64,000 nucleotides of DNA from Lepidodermella squamata. Its lineage: Eukaryota; Animalia; Gastrotricha. Every line of letters starts with the position of its first letter. Within the stretch, counting starts at the first letter, position 1. Position numbers and translations under genes: made by a program. Shown here piece by piece: positions 25,480-38,282 of the stretch. The notes beneath the pieces were generated by a model. It had not been told where the DNA came from and did no database searches. It saw nothing but the letters and a program-made list of their open reading frames with translations. The DNA lies in contig JBLDXI010000019.1 in assembly GCA_047495785.1 (NCBI GenBank), positions 3,286,001-3,350,000 of the forward strand, in the 5' to 3' direction.

Positions 25480-25630
25480 CGCTGGATCGTGCTGGAATCA
25501 ACGCTGGACGAGTGCTGGATGAGTGCCGGAGGAGTGCTGGAAAAAAATAAAGGCGAGAATTTTCAGGTGCTGGACAAGTGCCGGTGTAGTGCTGGATAAA
25601 AGTGCTGGATGAGTGCTGGAAAATATAGAA
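25480..25630 (+). repeat. Right subterminal GTGCTGG array (~11 copies) and right TIR
   Basis: Repeated (G/A)(T/C)GC(T/C)GG, mostly at ~11-bp spacing, ending in AGTGCTGGAAAATATAGAA. Confidence 0.9.
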
Positions 25631-26069
25631 ATCCCTAAACCTGGCCGGCTTTGAAGGTCTTAAAAGTGTACGCCGATTAAATATACCCCACCCCTTTCCT
25701 CAACGGTTTCAATACGGATTAATCTATTGTGTCTGTCGCTGAGCGTGGTCTAGTGAGCAAAAATCGAAACACTGGTATAAAGGCTGTCCTTCTCTTGGAG
25801 AGTTTGACCGGTGACAGCTCAATCAACGAATAAATTGCCGGCTGTAAAACCAAAAAAACCCAGCCAAAATTAAACCGGTGACTTTATTAGTGGTTATTAT
25901 TTGCTCAATCACAGACGCCTTAGAATTTCTAGGTAAAATCCCTTATTTGGCTACTCAAGTTGAAAGATTTTAGGTGTCAAGGATAAAGGATAGACATTGA
26001 CGATGGGAACATGATGTCAATAATCGCCATTTAGTCATTATTAAGTTCACACCTTCGGTCGCTCTCAAC

Positions 26070-26346
26070 TCACGGCCAGGCAGCCGAAGAAATGCAGCTG
26101 CAGCCATTGCTGAAACAAGCTTTAACTTTACCAGAGGGGCACGACTTGCCTCTGCCTGCCTCTTCCTGCGCTTGTTCAGCATTTCGGCTGCTTGGCTGCG
26201 CCACGGGTCCATCGCCACTGAACTCCGCTTCAGCGATTACGACAGATGAAACCTGCAAACCCGATATCATCATTCATAACCAAAATCCGGAGAAAAAGGG
26301 CTGCGTAACCTACCAGAAGAGCGATGATCGCAAATAATTTCAGCAT
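26070..26346 (-). CDS. Secreted cysteine-rich prepropeptide (toxin/defence-peptide-like), 71 aa, copy 1; exons 26346-26314 and 26252-26070
   Basis: A 61-bp GTAGGT...TTGCAG intron joins MLKLFAIIALL to VSSVVIAEAEFSGDGPVAQPSSRNAEQAQEEAGR-GKSCPSGKVKACFSNGCSCISSAAWP*. AATAAA on the minus strand at 25883-25888. Confidence 0.8.
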
Positions 26347-27561
26347 TGTACGAAGTCGTAAGGGAAAGAAACTCTCGAATTTCTCAAAAGAAAAAAAGCA
26401 ATAATGACGGCGGCTCATATGCTTCTTTCGATGAGCAGTTTTGCTCTCAGAGTATGCGTAGTATAACTAAGCGCCTTCAATAACAAAATATATAATATAA
26501 TAAAAGAAATGCCTCGAAATTTTGAAATAGTTTGTTCAGCTTCTGTTTTGTTATGTTGGAACCAGCTCGCTAGCGCGGACGACAAAACTGCCGATCGAAA
26601 GGAGCATATTACAGTGCTCCCTCGTTAAAGACACTCTTTTTAAAAGACCGTTTTCTTATTGAGGGCGTTTACGATAGGGAGAGGATCAGCGCCCCAGATG
26701 ATGCCTATGTTTTTGCATTCTCATAATAAATGAAATTCGCATAGCTAGTAAATACGCGATTGAAAAATCACAGGTCTTATTTCCCAAAGCGTAAAGCCTG
26801 AAGTCTTCGATTCTGTTCTAGTTCTTTTATATTACTTAAATCAGGGAAACGGGAAACTAACAACTTTGCATTATCTTTTTCGATGGTTCGGCGATTCGTC
26901 TCTAAAAATGCAAAAATCAGCATCTCGAAGCTGGGTTTTTCACTAAAAAGGATGGAATTTTAGGCCTTCTTCTAACTTCTTTCCGGAAAGATTCCAGATT
27001 GTTGAGAATTCGGTCTAATGAGCAAGTAAACTGTTGGCTTGAGAGAATAGAAAATATAAGAAAAAGAGTTATAAAATTATTTGTTATAAAAGCACGAAAC
27101 TTGCTAATTTTCGATCCAAGAAATCCCTAAACCTGGCCGGCTTTGAAGGTCTTAAAAGTGTACGCCGATTAAATATACCCCACCCCTTTCCTCAACGGTT
27201 TCAATACGGATTAATCTATTGTGTCTGTCGCTGAGCGTGGTCTAGTGAGCAAAAATCGAAACACTGGTATAAAGGCTGTCCTTCTCTTGGAGAGTTTGAC
27301 CGGTGACAGCTCAATCAACGAATAAATTGCCGGCTGTAAAACCAAAAAAACCCAGCCAAAATTAAACCGGTGACTTTATTAGTGGTTATTATTTGCTCAA
27401 TCACAGACGCCTTAGAATTTCTAGGTAAAATCCCTTATTTGGCTACTCAAGTTGAAAGATTTTAGGTGTCAAGGATAAAGGATAGACATTGACGATGGGA
27501 ACATGATGTCAATAATCGCCATTTAGTCATTATTAAGTTCACACCTTCGGTCGCTCTCAAC

Positions 27562-27838
27562 TCACGGCCAGGCAGCCGAAGAAATGCAGCTGCAGCCATT
27601 GCTGAAACAAGCTTTAACTTTACCAGAGGGGCACGACTTGCCTCTGCCTGCCTCTTCCTGCGCTTGTTCAGCATTTCGGCTGCTTGGCTGCGCCACGGGT
27701 CCATCGCCACTGAACTCCGCTTCAGCGATTACGACAGATGAAACCTGCAAACCTGATATCATCATTCATAACCAAAATCCGGAGAAAAAGGGCTGCGTAA
27801 CCTACCAGAAGAGCGATGATCGCAAATAATTTCAGCAT
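27562..27838 (-). CDS. Secreted Cys-rich prepropeptide, copy 2
   Basis: Same coding sequence as copy 1; intron SNP at 27754. Confidence 0.8.
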
Positions 27839-29053
27839 TGTACGAAGTCGTAAGGGAAAGAAACTCTCGAATTTCTCAAAAGAAAAAAAGCAATAATGAC
27901 GGCGGCTCATATGCTTCTTTCGATGAGCAGTTTTGCTCTCAGAGTATGCGTAGTATAACTAAGCGCCTTCAATAACAAAATATATAATATAATAAAAGAA
28001 ATGCCTCGAAATTTTGAAATAGTTTGTTCAGCTTCTGTTTTGTTATGTTGGAACCAGCTCGCTAGCGCGGACGACAAAACTGCCGATCGAAAGGAGCATA
28101 TTACAGTGCTCCCTCGTTAAAGACACTCTTTTTAAAAGACCGTTTTCTTATTGAGGGCGTTTACGATAGGGAGAGGATCAGCGCCCCAGATGATGCCTAT
28201 GTTTTTGCATTCTCATAATAAATGAAATTCGCATAGCTAGTAAATACGCGATTGAAAAATCACAGGTCTTATTTCCCAAAGCGTAAAGCCTGAAGTCTTC
28301 GATTCTGTTCTAGTTCTTTTATATTACTTAAATCAGGGAAACGGGAAACTAACAACTTTGCATTATCTTTTTCGATGGTTCGGCGATTCGTCTCTAAAAA
28401 TGCAAAAATCAGCATCTCGAAGCTGGGTTTTTCACTAAAAAGGATGGAATTTTAGGCCTTCTTCTAACTTCTTTCCGGAAAGATTCCAGATTGTTGAGAA
28501 TTCGGTCTAATGAGCAAGTAAACTGTTGGCTTGAGAGAATAGAAAATATAAGAAAAAGAGTTATAAAATTATTTGTTATAAAAGCACGAAACTTGCTAAT
28601 TTTCGATCCAAGAAATCCCTAAACCTGGCCGGCTTTGAAGGTCTTAAAAGTGTACGCCGATTAAATATACCCCACCCCTTTCCTCAACGGTTTCAATACG
28701 GATTAATCTATTGTGTCTGTCGCTGAGCGTGGTCTAGTGAGCAAAAATCGAAACACTGGTATAAAGGCTGTCCTTCTCTTGGAGAGTTTGACCGGTGACA
28801 GCTCAATCAACGAATAAATTGCCGGCTGTAAAACCAAAAAAACCCAGCCAAAATTAAACCGGTGACTTTATTAGTGGTTATTATTTGCTCAATCACAGAC
28901 GCCTTAGAATTTCTAGGTAAAATCCCTTATTTGGCTACTCAAGTTGAAAGATTTTAGGTGTCAAGGATAAAGGATAGACATTGACGATGGGAACATGATG
29001 TCAATAATCGCCATTTAGTCATTATTAAGTTCACACCTTCGGTCGCTCTCAAC

Positions 29054-29330
29054 TCACGGCCAGGCAGCCGAAGAAATGCAGCTGCAGCCATTGCTGAAAC
29101 AAGCTTTAACTTTACCAGAGGGGCACGACTTGCCTCTGCCTGCCTCTTCCTGCGCTTGTTCAGCATTTCGGCTGCTTGGCTGCGCCACGGGTCCATCGCC
29201 ACTGAACTCCGCTTCAGCGATTACGACAGATGAAACCTGCAAACCCGATATCATCATTCATAACCAAAATCCGGAGAAAAAGGGCTGCGTAACCTACCAG
29301 AAGAGCGATGATCGCAAATAATTTCAGCAT
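29054..29330 (-). CDS. Secreted Cys-rich prepropeptide, copy 3
   Basis: Same as copy 1 (+2984 bp). Confidence 0.8.
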
Positions 29331-30545
29331 TGTACGAAGTCGTAAGGGAAAGAAACTCTCGAATTTCTCAAAAGAAAAAAAGCAATAATGACGGCGGCTC
29401 ATATGCTTCTTTCGATGAGCAGTTTTGCTCTCAGAGTATGCGTAGTATAACTAAGCGCCTTCAATAACAAAATATATAATATAATAAAAGAAATGCCTCG
29501 AAATTTTGAAATAGTTTGTTCAGCTTCTGTTTTGTTATGTTGGAACCAGCTCGCTAGCGCGGACGACAAAACTGCCGATCGAAAGGAGCATATTACAGTG
29601 CTCCCTCGTTAAAGACACTCTTTTTAAAAGACCGTTTTCTTATTGAGGGCGTTTACGATAGGGAGAGGATCAGCGCCCCAGATGATGCCTATGTTTTTGC
29701 ATTCTCATAATAAATGAAATTCGCATAGCTAGTAAATACGCGATTGAAAAATCACAGGTCTTATTTCCCAAAGCGTAAAGCCTGAAGTCTTCGATTCTGT
29801 TCTAGTTCTTTTATATTACTGAAATCAGGGAAACGGGAAACTAACAACTTTGCATTATCTTTTTCGATGGTTCGGCGATTCGTCTCTAAAAATGCAAAAA
29901 TCAGCATCTCGAAGCTGGGTTTTTCACTAAAAAGGATGGAATTTTAGGCCTTCTTCTAACTTCTTTCCGGAAAGATTCCAGATTGTTGAGAATTCGGTCT
30001 AATGAGCAAGTAAACTGTTGGCTTGAGAGAATAGAAAATATAAGAAAAAGAGTTATAAAATTATTTGTTATAAAAGCACGAAACTTGCTAATTTTCGATC
30101 CAAGAAATCCCTAAACCTGGCCGGCTTTGAAGGTCTTAAAAGTGTACGCCGATTAAATATACCCCACCCCTTTCCTCAACGGTTTCAATACGGATTAATC
30201 TATTGTGTCTGTCGCTGAGCGTGGTCTAGTGAGCAAAAATCGAAACACTGGTATAAAGGCTGTCCTTCTCTTGGAGAGTTTGACCGGTGACAGCTCAATC
30301 AACGAATAAATTGCCGGCTGTAAAACCAAAAAAACCCAGCCAAAATTAAACCGGTGACTTTATTAGTGGTTATTATTTGCTCAATCACAGACGCCTTAGA
30401 ATTTCTAGGTAAAATCCCTTATTTGGCTACTCAAGTTGAAAGATTTTAGGTGTCAAGGATAAAGGATAGACATTGACGATGGGAACATGATGTCAATAAT
30501 CGCCATTTAGTCATTATTAAGTTCACACCTTCGGTCGCTCTCAAC

Positions 30546-30822
30546 TCACGGCCAGGCAGCCGAAGAAATGCAGCTGCAGCCATTGCTGAAACAAGCTTTA
30601 ACTTTACCAGAGGGGCACGACTTGCCTCTGCCTGCCTCTTCCTGCGCTTGTTCAGCATTTCGGCTGCTTGGCTGCGCCACGGGTCCATCGCCACTGAACT
30701 CCGCTTCAGCGATTACGACAGATGAAACCTGCAAACCCGATATCATCATTCATAACCAAAATCCGGAGAAAAAGGGCTGCGTAACCTACCAGAAGAGCGA
30801 TGATCGCAAATAATTTCAGCAT
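30546..30822 (-). CDS. Secreted Cys-rich prepropeptide, copy 4
   Basis: Same as copy 1. Confidence 0.8.
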
Positions 30823-32037
30823 TGTACGAAGTCGTAAGGGAAAGAAACTCTCGAATTTCTCAAAAGAAAAAAAGCAATAATGACGGCGGCTCATATGCTT
30901 CTTTCGATGAGCAGTTTTGCTCTCAGAGTATGCGTAGTATAACTAAGCGCCTTCAATAACAAAATATATAATATAATAAAAGAAATGCCTCGAAATTTTG
31001 AAATAGTTTGTTCAGCTTCTGTTTTGTTATGTTGGAACCAGCTCGCTAGCGCGGACGACAAAACTGCCGATCGAAAGGAGCATATTACAGTGCTCCCTCG
31101 TTAAAGACACTCTTTTTAAAAGACCGTTTTCTTATTGAGGGCGTTTACGATAGGGAGAGGATCAGCGCCCCAGATGATGCCTATGTTTTTGCATTCTCAT
31201 AATAAATGAAATTCGCATAGCTAGTAAATACGCGATTGAAAAATCACAGGTCTTATTTCCCAAAGCGTAAAGCCTGAAGTCTTCGATTCTGTTCTAGTTC
31301 TTTTATATTACTTAAATCAGGGAAACGGGAAACTAACAACTTTGCATTATCTTTTTCGATGGTTCGGCGATTCGTCTCTAAAAATGCAAAAATCAGCATC
31401 TCGAAGCTGGGTTTTTCACTAAAAAGGATGGAATTTTAGGCCTTCTTCTAACTTCTTTCCGGAAAGATTCCAGATTGTTGAGAATTCGGTCTAATGAGCA
31501 AGTAAACTGTTGGCTTGAGAGAATAGAAAATATAAGAAAAAGAGTTATAAAATTATTTGTTATAAAAGCACGAAACTTGCTAATTTTCGATCCAAGAAAT
31601 CCCTAAACCTGGCCGGCTTTGAAGGTCTTAAAAGTGTACGCCGATTAAATATACCCCACCCCTTTCCTCAACGGTTTCAATACGGATTAATCTATTGTGT
31701 CTGTCGCTGAGCGTGGTCTAGTGAGCAAAAATCGAAACACTGGTATAAAGGCTGTCCTTCTCTTGGAGAGTTTGACCGGTGACAGCTCAATCAACGAATA
31801 AATTGCCGGCTGTAAAACCAAAAAAACCCAGCCAAAATTAAACCGGTGACTTTATTAGTGGTTATTATTTGCTCAATCACAGACGCCTTAGAATTTCTAG
31901 GTAAAATCCCTTATTTGGCTACTCAAGTTGAAAGATTTTAGGTGTCAAGGATAAAGGATAGACATTGACGATGGGAACATGATGTCAATAATCGCCATTT
32001 AGTCATTATTAAGTTCACACCTTCGGTCGCTCTCAAC

Positions 32038-32314
32038 TCACGGCCAGGCAGCCGAAGAAATGCAGCTGCAGCCATTGCTGAAACAAGCTTTAACTTTACC
32101 AGAGGGGCACGACTTGCCTCTGCCTGCCTCTTCCTGCGCTTGTTCAGCATTTCGGCTGCTTGGCTGCGCCACGGGTCCATCGCCACTGAACTCCGCTTCA
32201 GCGATTACGACAGATGAAACCTGCAAACCCGATATCATCATTCATAACCAAAATCCGGAGAAAAAGGGCTGCGTAACCTACCAGAAGAGCGATGATCGCA
32301 AATAATTTCAGCAT
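32038..32314 (-). CDS. Secreted Cys-rich prepropeptide, copy 5
   Basis: Same as copy 1. Confidence 0.8.
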
Positions 32315-33529
32315 TGTACGAAGTCGTAAGGGAAAGAAACTCTCGAATTTCTCAAAAGAAAAAAAGCAATAATGACGGCGGCTCATATGCTTCTTTCGAT
32401 GAGCAGTTTTGCTCTCAGAGTATGCGTAGTATAACTAAGCGCCTTCAATAACAAAATATATAATATAATAAAAGAAATGCCTCGAAATTTTGAAATAGTT
32501 TGTTCAGCTTCTGTTTTGTTATGTTGGAACCAGCTCGCTAGCGCGGACGACAAAACTGCCGATCGAAAGGAGCATATTACAGTGCTCCCTCGTTAAAGAC
32601 ACTCTTTTTAAAAGACCGTTTTCTTATTGAGGGCGTTTACGATAGGGAGAGGATCAGCGCCCCAGATGATGCCTATGTTTTTGCATTCTCATAATAAATG
32701 AAATTCGCATAGCTAGTAAATACGCGATTGAAAAATCACAGGTCTTATTTCCCAAAGCGTAAAGCCTGAAGTCTTCGATTCTGTTCTAGTTCTTTTATAT
32801 TACTTAAATCAGGGAAACGGGAAACTAACAACTTTGCATTATCTTTTTCGATGGTTCGGCGATTCGTCTCTAAAAATGCAAAAATCAGCATCTCGAAGCT
32901 GGGTTTTTCACTAAAAAGGATGGAATTTTAGGCCTTCTTCTAACTTCTTTCCGGAAAGATTCCAGATTGTTGAGAATTCGGTCTAATGAGCAAGTAAACT
33001 GTTGGCTTGAGAGAATAGAAAATATAAGAAAAAGAGTTATAAAATTATTTGTTATAAAAGCACGAAACTTGCTAATTTTCGATCCAAGAAATCCCTAAAC
33101 CTGGCCGGCTTTGAAGGTCTTAAAAGTGTACGCCGATTAAATATACCCCACCCCTTTCCTCAACGGTTTCAATACGGATTAATCTATTGTGTCTGTCGCT
33201 GAGCGTGGTCTAGTGAGCAAAAATCGAAACACTGGTATAAAGGCTGTCCTTCTCTTGGAGAGTTTGACCGGTGACAGCTCAATCAACGAATAAATTGCCG
33301 GCTGTAAAACCAAAAAAACCCAGCCAAAATTAAACCGGTGACTTTATTAGTGGTTATTATTTGCTCAATCACAGACGCCTTAGAATTTCTAGGTAAAATC
33401 CCTTATTTGGCTACTCAAGTTGAAAGATTTTAGGTGTCAAGGATAAAGGATAGACATTGACGATGGGAACATGATGTCAATAATCGCCATTTAGTCATTA
33501 TTAAGTTCACACCTTCGGTCGCTCTCAAC

Positions 33530-33806
33530 TCACGGCCAGGCAGCCGAAGAAATGCAGCTGCAGCCATTGCTGAAACAAGCTTTAACTTTACCAGAGGGGC
33601 ACGACTTGCCTCTGCCTGCCTCTTCCTGCGCTTGTTCAGCATTTCGGCTGCTTGGCTGCGCCACGGGTCCATCGCCACTGAACTCCGCTTCAGCGATTAC
33701 GACAGATGAAACCTGCAAACCTGATATCATCATTCATAACCAAAATCCGGAGAAAAAGGGCTGCGTAACCTACCAGAAGAGCGATGATCGCAAATAATTT
33801 CAGCAT
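33530..33806 (-). CDS. Secreted Cys-rich prepropeptide, copy 6
   Basis: Same coding sequence; intron SNP at 33722 shared with copy 2. Confidence 0.8.
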
Positions 33807-35021
33807 TGTACGAAGTCGTAAGGGAAAGAAACTCTCGAATTTCTCAAAAGAAAAAAAGCAATAATGACGGCGGCTCATATGCTTCTTTCGATGAGCAGTT
33901 TTGCTCTCAGAGTATGCGTAGTATAACTAAGCGCCTTCAATAACAAAATATATAATATAATAAAAGAAATGCCTCGAAATTTTGAAATAGTTTGTTCAGC
34001 TTCTGTTTTGTTATGTTGGAACCAGCTCGCTAGCGCGGACGACAAAACTGCCGATCGAAAGGAGCATATTACAGTGCTCCCTCGTTAAAGACACTCTTTT
34101 TAAAAGACCGTTTTCTTATTGAGGGCGTTTACGATAGGGAGAGGATCAGCGCCCCAGATGATGCCTATGTTTTTGCATTCTCATAATAAATGAAATTCGC
34201 ATAGCTAGTAAATACGCGATTGAAAAATCACAGGTCTTATTTCCCAAAGCGTAAAGCCTGAAGTCTTCGATTCTGTTCTAGTTCTTTTATATTACTTAAA
34301 TCAGGGAAACGGGAAACTAACAACTTTGCATTATCTTTTTCGATGGTTCGGCGATTCGTCTCTAAAAATGCAAAAATCAGCATCTCGAAGCTGGGTTTTT
34401 CACTAAAAAGGATGGAATTTTAGGCCTTCTTCTAACTTCTTTCCGGAAAGATTCCAGATTGTTGAGAATTCGGTCTAATGAGCAAGTAAACTGTTGGCTT
34501 GAGAGAATAGAAAATATAAGAAAAAGAGTTATAAAATTATTTGTTATAAAAGCACGAAACTTGCTAATTTTCGATCCAAGAAATCCCTAAACCTGGCCGG
34601 CTTTGAAGGTCTTAAAAGTGTACGCCGATTAAATATACCCCACCCCTTTCCTCAACGGTTTCAATACGGATTAATCTATTGTGTCTGTCGCTGAGCGTGG
34701 TCTAGTGAGCAAAAATCGAAACACTGGTATAAAGGCTGTCCTTCTCTTGGAGAGTTTGACCGGTGACAGCTCAATCAACGAATAAATTGCCGGCTGTAAA
34801 ACCAAAAAAACCCAGCCAAAATTAAACCGGTGACTTTATTAGTGGTTATTATTTGCTCAATCACAGACGCCTTAGAATTTCTAGGTAAAATCCCTTATTT
34901 GGCTACTCAAGTTGAAAGATTTTAGGTGTCAAGGATAAAGGATAGACATTGACGATGGGAACATGATGTCAATAATCGCCATTTAGTCATTATTAAGTTC
35001 ACACCTTCGGTCGCTCTCAAC

Positions 35022-35298
35022 TCACGGCCAGGCAGCCGAAGAAATGCAGCTGCAGCCATTGCTGAAACAAGCTTTAACTTTACCAGAGGGGCACGACTTG
35101 CCTCTGCCTGCCTCTTCCTGCGCTTGTTCAGCATTTCGGCTGCTTGGCTGCGCCACGGGTCCATCGCCACTGAACTCCGCTTCAGCGATTACGACAGATG
35201 AAACCTGCAAACCCGATATCATCATTCATAACCAAAATCCGGAGAAAAAGGGCTGCGTAACCTACCAGAAGAGCGATGATCGCAAATAATTTCAGCAT
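35022..35298 (-). CDS. Secreted Cys-rich prepropeptide, copy 7
   Basis: Same as copy 1. Confidence 0.8.
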
Positions 35299-36513
35299 TG
35301 TACGAAGTCGTAAGGGAAAGAAACTCTCGAATTTCTCAAAAGAAAAAAAGCAATAATGACGGCGGCTCATATGCTTCTTTCGATGAGCAGTTTTGCTCTC
35401 AGAGTATGCGTAGTATAACTAAGCGCCTTCAATAACAAAATATATAATATAATAAAAGAAATGCCTCGAAATTTTGAAATAGTTTGTTCAGCTTCTGTTT
35501 TGTTATGTTGGAACCAGCTCGCTAGCGCGGACGACAAAACTGCCGATCGAAAGGAGCATATTACAGTGCTCCCTCGTTAAAGACACTCTTTTTAAAAGAC
35601 CGTTTTCTTATTGAGGGCGTTTACGATAGGGAGAGGATCAGCGCCCCAGATGATGCCTATGTTTTTGCATTCTCATAATAAATGAAATTCGCATAGCTAG
35701 TAAATACGCGATTGAAAAATCACAGGTCTTATTTCCCAAAGCGTAAAGCCTGAAGTCTTCGATTCTGTTCTAGTTCTTTTATATTACTTAAATCAGGGAA
35801 ACGGGAAACTAACAACTTTGCATTATCTTTTTCGATGGTTCGGCGATTCGTCTCTAAAAATGCAAAAATCAGCATCTCGAAGCTGGGTTTTTCACTAAAA
35901 AGGATGGAATTTTAGGCCTTCTTCTAACTTCTTTCCGGAAAGATTCCAGATTGTTGAGAATTCGGTCTAATGAGCAAGTAAACTGTTGGCTTGAGAGAAT
36001 AGAAAATATAAGAAAAAGAGTTATAAAATTATTTGTTATAAAAGCACGAAACTTGCTAATTTTCGATCCAAGAAATCCCTAAACCTGGCCGGCTTTGAAG
36101 GTCTTAAAAGTGTACGCCGATTAAATATACCCCACCCCTTTCCTCAACGGTTTCAATACGGATTAATCTATTGTGTCTGTCGCTGAGCGTGGTCTAGTGA
36201 GCAAAAATCGAAACACTGGTATAAAGGCTGTCCTTCTCTTGGAGAGTTTGACCGGTGACAGCTCAATCAACGAATAAATTGCCGGCTGTAAAACCAAAAA
36301 AACCCAGCCAAAATTAAACCGGTGACTTTATTAGTGGTTATTATTTGCTCAATCACAGACGCCTTAGAATTTCTAGGTAAAATCCCTTATTTGGCTACTC
36401 AAGTTGAAAGATTTTAGGTGTCAAGGATAAAGGATAGACATTGACGATGGGAACATGATGTCAATAATCGCCATTTAGTCATTATTAAGTTCACACCTTC
36501 GGTCGCTCTCAAC

Positions 36514-36790
36514 TCACGGCCAGGCAGCCGAAGAAATGCAGCTGCAGCCATTGCTGAAACAAGCTTTAACTTTACCAGAGGGGCACGACTTGCCTCTGCC
36601 TGCCTCTTCCTGCGCTTGTTCAGCATTTCGGCTGCTTGGCTGCGCCACGGGTCCATCGCCACTGAACTCCGCTTCAGCGATTACGACAGATGAAACCTGC
36701 AAACCCGATATCATCATTCATAACCAAAATCCGGAGAAAAAGGGCTGCGTAACCTACCAGAAGAGCGATGATCGCAAATAATTTCAGCAT
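36514..36790 (-). CDS. Secreted Cys-rich prepropeptide, copy 8
   Basis: Same as copy 1. Confidence 0.8.
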
Positions 36791-38005
36791 TGTACGAAGT
36801 CGTAAGGGAAAGAAACTCTCGAATTTCTCAAAAGAAAAAAAGCAATAATGACGGCGGCTCATATGCTTCTTTCGATGAGCAGTTTTGCTCTCAGAGTATG
36901 CGTAGTATAACTAAGCGCCTTCAATAACAAAATATATAATATAATAAAAGAAATGCCTCGAAATTTTGAAATAGTTTGTTCAGCTTCTGTTTTGTTATGT
37001 TGGAACCAGCTCGCTAGCGCGGACGACAAAACTGCCGATCGAAAGGAGCATATTACAGTGCTCCCTCGTTAAAGACACTCTTTTTAAAAGACCGTTTTCT
37101 TATTGAGGGCGTTTACGATAGGGAGAGGATCAGCGCCCCAGATGATGCCTATGTTTTTGCATTCTCATAATAAATGAAATTCGCATAGCTAGTAAATACG
37201 CGATTGAAAAATCACAGGTCTTATTTCCCAAAGCGTAAAGCCTGAAGTCTTCGATTCTGTTCTAGTTCTTTTATATTACTTAAATCAGGGAAACGGGAAA
37301 CTAACAACTTTGCATTATCTTTTTCGATGGTTCGGCGATTCGTCTCTAAAAATGCAAAAATCAGCATCTCGAAGCTGGGTTTTTCACTAAAAAGGATGGA
37401 ATTTTAGGCCTTCTTCTAACTTCTTTCCGGAAAGATTCCAGATTGTTGAGAATTCGGTCTAATGAGCAAGTAAACTGTTGGCTTGAGAGAATAGAAAATA
37501 TAAGAAAAAGAGTTATAAAATTATTTGTTATAAAAGCACGAAACTTGCTAATTTTCGATCCAAGAAATCCCTAAACCTGGCCGGCTTTGAAGGTCTTAAA
37601 AGTGTACGCCGATTAAATATACCCCACCCCTTTCCTCAACGGTTTCAATACGGATTAATCTATTGTGTCTGTCGCTGAGCGTGGTCTAGTGAGCAAAAAT
37701 CGAAACACTGGTATAAAGGCTGTCCTTCTCTTGGAGAGTTTGACCGGTGACAGCTCAATCAACGAATAAATTGCCGGCTGTAAAACCAAAAAAACCCAGC
37801 CAAAATTAAACCGGTGACTTTATTAGTGGTTATTATTTGCTCAATCACAGACGCCTTAGAATTTCTAGGTAAAATCCCTTATTTGGCTACTCAAGTTGAA
37901 AGATTTTAGGTGTCAAGGATAAAGGATAGACATTGACGATGGGAACATGATGTCAATAATCGCCATTTAGTCATTATTAAGTTCACACCTTCGGTCGCTC
38001 TCAAC

Positions 38006-38282
38006 TCACGGCCAGGCAGCCGAAGAAATGCAGCTGCAGCCATTGCTGAAACAAGCTTTAACTTTACCAGAGGGGCACGACTTGCCTCTGCCTGCCTCTT
38101 CCTGCGCTTGTTCAGCATTTCGGCTGCTTGGCTGCGCCACGGGTCCATCGCCACTGAACTCCGCTTCAGCGATTACGACAGATGAAACCTGCAAACCCGA
38201 TATCATCATTCATAACCAAAATCCGGAGAAAAAGGGCTGCGTAACCTACCAGAAGAGCGATGATCGCAAATAATTTCAGCAT
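38006..38282 (-). CDS. Secreted Cys-rich prepropeptide, copy 9
   Basis: Same as copy 1. Confidence 0.8.

Larger units (their letters stand above)
16991..25630 (+). mobile_element. Putative tyrosine-recombinase DNA transposon with 19-bp TIRs and GTGCTGG subterminal arrays
   Basis: TTCTATATATTCCAGCACT (16991-17009) versus AGTGCTGGAAAATATAGAA (25612-25630), 18/19 inverted match. GTGCTGG clusters at both ends. Three co-oriented spliced genes inside, including a YR. Confidence 0.8.

Noticed and set aside
16991-25630. DIRS-like retroelement (YR plus RT)
   Set aside because: The RT belongs to an independent antisense LINE with its own TSD and tail that interrupts the YR frame.
25970-26418. 82-, 81- and 62-aa ORFs in each 1492-bp unit as separate genes
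   Set aside because: They are alternative frames, antisense, or intron read-through of the spliced peptide gene.
25627-27118. 1492-bp unit as a 5S rDNA, histone, snRNA or spliced-leader repeat
   Set aside because: No recognisable 5S, U snRNA, tRNA or histone sequence by eye. A covariance-model search would be needed to exclude a divergent small RNA.
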